From assembly GCA_963664195.1 (NCBI GenBank), contig OY760907.1, forward strand, positions 2,272,001 through 2,336,000: a stretch of DNA of 64,000 nucleotides, in the 5' to 3' direction. The number at the start of each line of letters is the position of its first letter. Position 1 is the first letter of the stretch. Source of the stretch: an uncultured candidate division Zixibacteria bacterium. Lineage in GTDB: Bacteria > Zixibacteria > MSB-5A5 > GN15 > FEB-12. This document shows positions 59,445-64,000 of the stretch, one piece after another. The notes under the pieces are model-generated. The model saw nothing but the letters and a program-made list of their open reading frames with translations. It was not told the origin of the DNA and ran no database searches. The translations under genes were made by a program, and so were the position numbers.

Positions 59445-59508
59445 GCAGTTCTAAGATAGTACACGATGGCCAGCTTTTTCATGGGTCGCCGATCGGCGGC
59501 CTTTTTTG
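59445..59508 (+). repeat. Direct repeat copy 3 (25-bp extension plus 39-bp core)
   Basis: GCAGTTCTAAGATAGTACACGATGG-CCAGCTTTTTCATGGGTCGCCGATCGGCGGCCTTTTTTG. Confidence 0.97.
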
Positions 59509-59593
59509 GGTCCTGCGGAAATACACCGATTTGTTTTAGGACAACTGGTGCGAGTTGATAGAAACATGTCCTGCCATAATCTTATTTGTGGGT

Positions 59594-62500
59594 CTACTTC
59601 AGTTCATTAAACCAGATGACGTTTGACCCACCGCCGAAATCGGGTGCGAGCAGGTCCAAATCTCCGTCACCATCGATGTCCCCGAGTACCGGATTGATCG
59701 TTGCTCCATAACCGCCCAGACGTAGTCCAGTGTCAATCAGCCCTCCTTTTCCGTCGTTAAGCCAAACGTAATCCGGCATCCCGAAGTTGGTAACAAAAGC
59801 ATCGGAGTAACCGTCACCGTTGAGGTCGCCAAAGGCGAAACGACCCCACAGCGTCACTTGTAATCGTTCGCCGGAGTCGCTGAAGCTCCCGGAGCCGTCG
59901 TTATGCCAGACTTCGGTCTTCCTCGAGGTCTCTCCACCGCCGGCACCAACCACGGCGTCCAAGTCTCCGTCTCCATCGAGGTCAGCCAATCCGATATTGC
60001 CACGGACTATGGTAGAATCCTGTTTCTCCCAGTGTACGGCGAATGCGCCATGGCCATCGTTGAGATGTGTTCTGAAGCCGACCCCAACCTCGCGGGCCAG
60101 TATGTCGATATCACCGTCGCGGTCAAGATCTCCCCATGTCGCGTTTTCGGGAATCGGTGTGGTCGCTTCGGTGAATTGGCCGTGTCCGTCGTTGAGGAAA
60201 ACCTTGTCGTCTTCCTGATAGTACATGATGATCGCGTCCAGGTCGCCGTCATTGTCGATGTCGTGCATTTCAATTCTGTTGCCGCTGATCAAGGAGTCGC
60301 CGAGCTCCACGCCAGAATCTTCGAACCGGGCGGATCCGTCGTTGAGGTAGAGTCTGGATTTGTGGTTTTCGTCCGCACAGGTCATGAATATGTCAAGGTC
60401 TCCGTCCGAATTAACGTCTTCGACTGCTACGCCGTGTCCTTCTTCAGTAAGAAGTTGGTCGGTGACTGCAAAAGTCCCGTTGCCGTCGTTCAGCCATACA
60501 CGTGAACTGTTGTCGTGCATATTGGAGCAGACCATGTCCAGATCGCCGTCTCTGTCCAGATCGCCAAGACCTATCGAGTTGGTTCTCTGTGGTTCGAATA
60601 CCTGCCCGCTCTTCCGGAAGGCTACGCCGGTTCCAACGGGTCGGGTTGCGTGGCACAAACGCAACGCTCGTTCTCTCATTGGCGTAATAGCATCAGTAGA
60701 CACCCAGTAGTAGTCTGATCCGCCACCGCGATGGCTGTTGAATATCAAGTACTTGCCGTCGAGAGTGATCGACGGATACCAGTCTCGCGCGGGTGAGTTT
60801 ATCGGTTGGGGCAGAATCAGCGGCGTCGTCCAGTTGTCGTCATCATCGCGGAAACTGACAAACAGGTCCGCGTCGCCAAATCCGTCCGGGTGCCCCATTC
60901 TCTTGATTATCATGTAGCTTTCGTCGGGTGCGACGCAGGCGTGTTCGTCGAAAGGACTGTTGACTTGTCCTCCCGCGTTGACGGGCGAGAGATGGGCACC
61001 GTCCTGGAAGCGGGATATGAAGATGTCGCTGCTACGGCGATAATCGTTACCCTGTCCGGCAGCATAGACGTTTCCGGAGGACGCCATTGACCGGTAGGCT
61101 CGATCTCCGATTTCGTTCAATTCGGCGGAAGCAACCTGAGGTTCCGACCAGCCTGTGTCGGTTCGTTCCGTGGTCCAAAGGCGGAAACTGTCACGCTGTC
61201 CGCTGTCGTCGATTGACCGCCAGGAGACAAAGAATAGCTGCGAGCCGTCGGGTGAGAAGAACGGAGCATCGTCGCCGGATCTTATGCCGGAAAACGATGC
61301 CATGGCCGGTTTGGTCCAATGTCCGTTCTCTATACGGGAGGTCATCATGCGCGAGTACGTATAGCCGGAATCGTCGAGATAGAACGATGAACTCCAGAAG
61401 GCCTCGGTACCGTCGGGGGAGAACGCCACGTTACTGTGTTCAAACCTCTGGGACGATACGATGTCCGGTGCAAACCAGACAGGCGTGTTTCCGGGCGGAG
61501 TCTGACCGAAATACGGACCGTCAAGCGTAGCAAAATCGTCGACCGATTCTTCGGCTCCCTGTTGTAGCAGCAGGTCTACCATGTCAGTGTGTCCACGGTC
61601 GCGCGCGATGCTGAGGGGAGTGTAGCCTGCTATGGAGGAGAGATTGAAGTCAGCGCCTTCCTCAAGCAACAGCCGGGCGACATTCAGACGTCCTCTTGAA
61701 GCGGCGCAATGGAGCGGTGTCCAGCCGTATTTGTCTCGTTCGTTTATCGCCAAACCTTGATCTAAGAGCCCCCGGACGATCTCGGTATTGCCGCCGGTGG
61801 CCGCGGAGTGCAGGTAGGTGCCATCGTCCGGATTGTTCCGACTGGTACTGGCTCCTCTGGCAACTACTTCTGAGAACAGTCGGGGAAGAGCTTTCTCTGT
61901 GGAGTAGGTGAGCAGCCGGTTCAGTCTCTCCAGATCAGTCGGGAGTTCGACTCCTCGATCAAGCAGCAGATTGACGATTCCTGCGAAACCTCGCCATGCG
62001 GCCAGTTCCAGAGGAGTGCTGCCGAAGTTGTCGATCGCATTCATGTTCGCGCCGGCGTCGAGCAACAGACGGGCGATGTCGGCGTTGCCGCTCTCACGAG
62101 CTGTTAGCAGCAGGGCCGTGCGGCCGTATGAATCGACGGCTTCAAGATCGGGGTTTCTCGCCAGCAGGAGCTCGGTCAGCTCTACACTACCTGATGTCGC
62201 TGCTCGCATCAGCAGGGTCTGCCCCTCGGACGTAGTGACGTCGGAGTCGGCCCCGGCACGGAGAAGTCGCAGCACTATCGCCGTATGTCCCCCCGCCATT
62301 GCCGAGAGCAGGGGAGTGTATCCACCGCTGTTACTGATGTTGACGTTCGCGCCGCCCTCGATCAGACTTTCGACCGCAGCCAGATGACCGTAGTACGCGG
62401 CACCGTGGAGGGGAGTGCTGCCGCTGTTCGATGCCGCATCTGCGTCGGCCCCAAGACCCAGGAGGTAGCGAACAACATCTGCATGGCCGGCATAGGCTGC

Positions 62501-62686
62501 CTCGTGGAGCGGAGTATAGCCGCCGTCGTCGACCGCCTCCATCAACAGGGGATCATTTCGCAATAGGACTTTGATGCTGTCAAGATTGCCGGTTTCGGCA
62601 GCGAGGTGAATGTCCTCGGTTGTGGCGCCGACGGTGGCCGACAGAAACAGGATGATCAGAGAGAGAAGACCCGAAAGCTTATTCAT
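59594..62686 (-). CDS. Secreted ankyrin-repeat / PD40 (TolB-like) propeller / FG-GAP repeat protein
   Basis: Signal peptide; about 10 G.TPLH.AA..G ankyrin repeats; FSPDG propeller motifs; repeated GDLD.DGDLD...WLNDG.G.F units. Confidence 0.9.
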   Translation of the reverse strand: MNKLSGLLSLIILFLSATVGATTEDIHLAAETGNLDSIKVLLRNDPLLMEAVDDGGYTPLHEAAYAGHADVVRYLLGLGADADAASNSGSTPLHGAAYYGHLAAVESLIEGGANVNISNSGGYTPLLSAMAGGHTAIVLRLLRAGADSDVTTSEGQTLLMRAATSGSVELTELLLARNPDLEAVDSYGRTALLLTARESGNADIARLLLDAGANMNAIDNFGSTPLELAAWRGFAGIVNLLLDRGVELPTDLERLNRLLTYSTEKALPRLFSEVVARGASTSRNNPDDGTYLHSAATGGNTEIVRGLLDQGLAINERDKYGWTPLHCAASRGRLNVARLLLEEGADFNLSSIAGYTPLSIARDRGHTDMVDLLLQQGAEESVDDFATLDGPYFGQTPPGNTPVWFAPDIVSSQRFEHSNVAFSPDGTEAFWSSSFYLDDSGYTYSRMMTSRIENGHWTKPAMASFSGIRSGDDAPFFSPDGSQLFFVSWRSIDDSGQRDSFRLWTTERTDTGWSEPQVASAELNEIGDRAYRSMASSGNVYAAGQGNDYRRSSDIFISRFQDGAHLSPVNAGGQVNSPFDEHACVAPDESYMIIKRMGHPDGFGDADLFVSFRDDDDNWTTPLILPQPINSPARDWYPSITLDGKYLIFNSHRGGGSDYYWVSTDAITPMRERALRLCHATRPVGTGVAFRKSGQVFEPQRTNSIGLGDLDRDGDLDMVCSNMHDNSSRVWLNDGNGTFAVTDQLLTEEGHGVAVEDVNSDGDLDIFMTCADENHKSRLYLNDGSARFEDSGVELGDSLISGNRIEMHDIDNDGDLDAIIMYYQEDDKVFLNDGHGQFTEATTPIPENATWGDLDRDGDIDILAREVGVGFRTHLNDGHGAFAVHWEKQDSTIVRGNIGLADLDGDGDLDAVVGAGGGETSRKTEVWHNDGSGSFSDSGERLQVTLWGRFAFGDLNGDGYSDAFVTNFGMPDYVWLNDGKGGLIDTGLRLGGYGATINPVLGDIDGDGDLDLLAPDFGGGSNVIWFNELK

Positions 62687-63119
62687 CACACACTCCCAAT
62701 CGGGTGATCGCATTGGCGATGGAAAACCTCTCTATCTCAGAATGGGCCTTCTTGCCGTTTGTATCAGCCGACCTTGCGTATCAGGTATAGGCGTCATGTA
62801 GTAGTCGTATAGTATCAAGATACCTCAATGACGGCGATTTGTTGCATGCAGATTGAACGATTGTTCTTCCAATGCCTAAAATGACATTCCTGTGGCGCAC
62901 CAGCGCCCTGCCAATGCACAAAATATGCGCATAGTTGCAGACGCTTGCGTAATTCCCGCTCCGGCGAGTTTGTCACAACTAGTTGCTGGGCAATAACATA
63001 GAAAACTATTTTGCCGATGATTGTCGGGTATTGCGTTTGGACCGGTATTTGCCTTAAGTCGCCCTGATGTATTGGTCATATTAAGCAAAATACAGAACTT
63101 TTTTTGATAAGGAACTGCT

Positions 63120-64000
63120 ATGACTATTTCTAACGGTCAGAGTGTGAATGGAATCATAAGCCTGGTTGCTCTGGTGGCAATTGTGGTCCTCATCGGATCG
63201 GCTGCCACTGCCCAGACTCCTGATCTGTCCGGCTTGACGGTGTCGACCTCGCTGGGCAACAATTCAGTAAACGAGGGGCTGGTCTGTGACTATACCCTGA
63301 CAGGTTCGGCCACTACTTCGGCGACCGCCTGGTACCGCAACGGCACGCCGGTCATGTCGTTCCACCTTCCTCTTGAAGGTGGCGAAGCCGGTGCTGTCCG
63401 GGACTACTCCGGTAACGACGTTCCGGTTAGCTATACCGGCACGTCCAATTGGTCGGCCACGGTCGGGCATGACAACTCCGGCGGGTATTTCCTCGACGGC
63501 GACAGTTATCTGAGTGCCGATGAAGGATTCCCGACGAATTCCTCGTATACCATTACGGCCTGGGTCTACCGCGCCGTCGACAGACGCTACACCTACATTC
63601 TTGGTAGTGATCTCGATGACAATGCGGGGCATAGTTTCCGAGTCGAATTCGATGACCGTCTTGCGGCCGGTCACAACGGTTCCTGGCGTATAGCCAAGAG
63701 TGAGGATTACAAGAGCAGAATCTACACCAACTCCTGGTACTTTGTAGCGGTGACCTTTGATATCGAAACCGGCGAGATGATTATTTTCAAGGACGCCTAT
63801 CCGGTCGATACCGGCTATGCCGTTGGAAGCGAGAAGTACGTTACGGACCCGACGGTGCGTGTTGGTGCGAATGAGGGGGATGCGAATTCCAACTTCTACG
63901 GTTCTATCGACGATGTGCGGATTTACAATCACGCCCTCACAAGAGATCAGCTTACTACATTGTTCACGTCCGGCTCAGATCACATCTGTGCAACCGAGAA
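63120..64000 (+). CDS. Secreted LamG/concanavalin-A-like jellyroll protein, 3' end beyond window edge
   Basis: Manual translation: signal peptide, VRDYSGN, YTITAWV, WYFVAVTFD, FYGSIDDVRIYNHALT; AAGGA RBS. Confidence 0.85.
   Translation, partial: MTISNGQSVNGIISLVALVAIVVLIGSAATAQTPDLSGLTVSTSLGNNSVNEGLVCDYTLTGSATTSATAWYRNGTPVMSFHLPLEGGEAGAVRDYSGNDVPVSYTGTSNWSATVGHDNSGGYFLDGDSYLSADEGFPTNSSYTITAWVYRAVDRRYTYILGSDLDDNAGHSFRVEFDDRLAAGHNGSWRIAKSEDYKSRIYTNSWYFVAVTFDIETGEMIIFKDAYPVDTGYAVGSEKYVTDPTVRVGANEGDANSNFYGSIDDVRIYNHALTRDQLTTLFTSGSDHICATE

Larger units (their letters stand above)
37038..59469. mobile_element. Putative integrated segment B (signal-transduction and chemoreceptor cargo, no integrase)
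   Basis: Bounded by repeat copies 2 and 3; all recognisable genes are on the + strand and sensory or regulatory. Confidence 0.55.

Noticed and set aside
22567..59508. Repeats as a CRISPR array, integron attC sites or dif/pdif sites
   Set aside because: Spacing is 14-22 kb with no cas or intI gene. There is no RYYYAAC...GTTRRRY long hairpin and no XerC/XerD 11-6-11 consensus.

Overview
Bacterial chromosomal window, probably candidate phylum Zixibacteria or another FCB-like lineage (inferred from a cohesin/dockerin surface protein ending in a '[10 protein letters not shown]...RKMMLLK' sorting domain). Bases 1-22.5 kb are backbone: an AGCS amino-acid symporter, an FHA-GAF-PP2C phosphatase paired with a membrane Ser/Thr kinase, a lipoprotein, a 1336-aa cohesin/dockerin protein, a DMT transporter, rocD, queG and rpe-pgi-tkt-ybjQ-glk-thiN, with several REP-like palindromes, ending at tRNA-Gln(CTG). 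The 3' end of that tRNA plus its terminator (about 40 bp) recurs as a direct repeat at about 37.0 kb and 59.5 kb. The two distal copies also share 25 bp of upstream sequence. The repeats bracket two tandem segments (14.4 kb and 22.4 kb) made almost entirely of signal-transduction genes, with no integrase or transposase in the window. Segment A has a 7-PAS sigma54 activator divergent from a sigma54 promoter, a PAS-LuxR regulator, and REC, HDOD, HD-GYP and hybrid kinase genes. Segment B has a PocR sensor, two TonB-dependent receptor genes sharing a duplicated 5' end, YfiR, a giant hybrid kinase, two REC-led genes linked by a 658-bp duplication, a Cys-rich PAS protein, a chemoreceptor with two periplasmic CZB domains and a frameshifted cheW. 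The window ends with an ankyrin/PD40/FG-GAP secreted protein and a partial LamG protein. The best candidates for an undescribed system are the integrase-less tRNA-anchored cassette array and the TBDR-YfiR-kinase trans-envelope relay. All domain calls are by eye from motifs; no searches were run.
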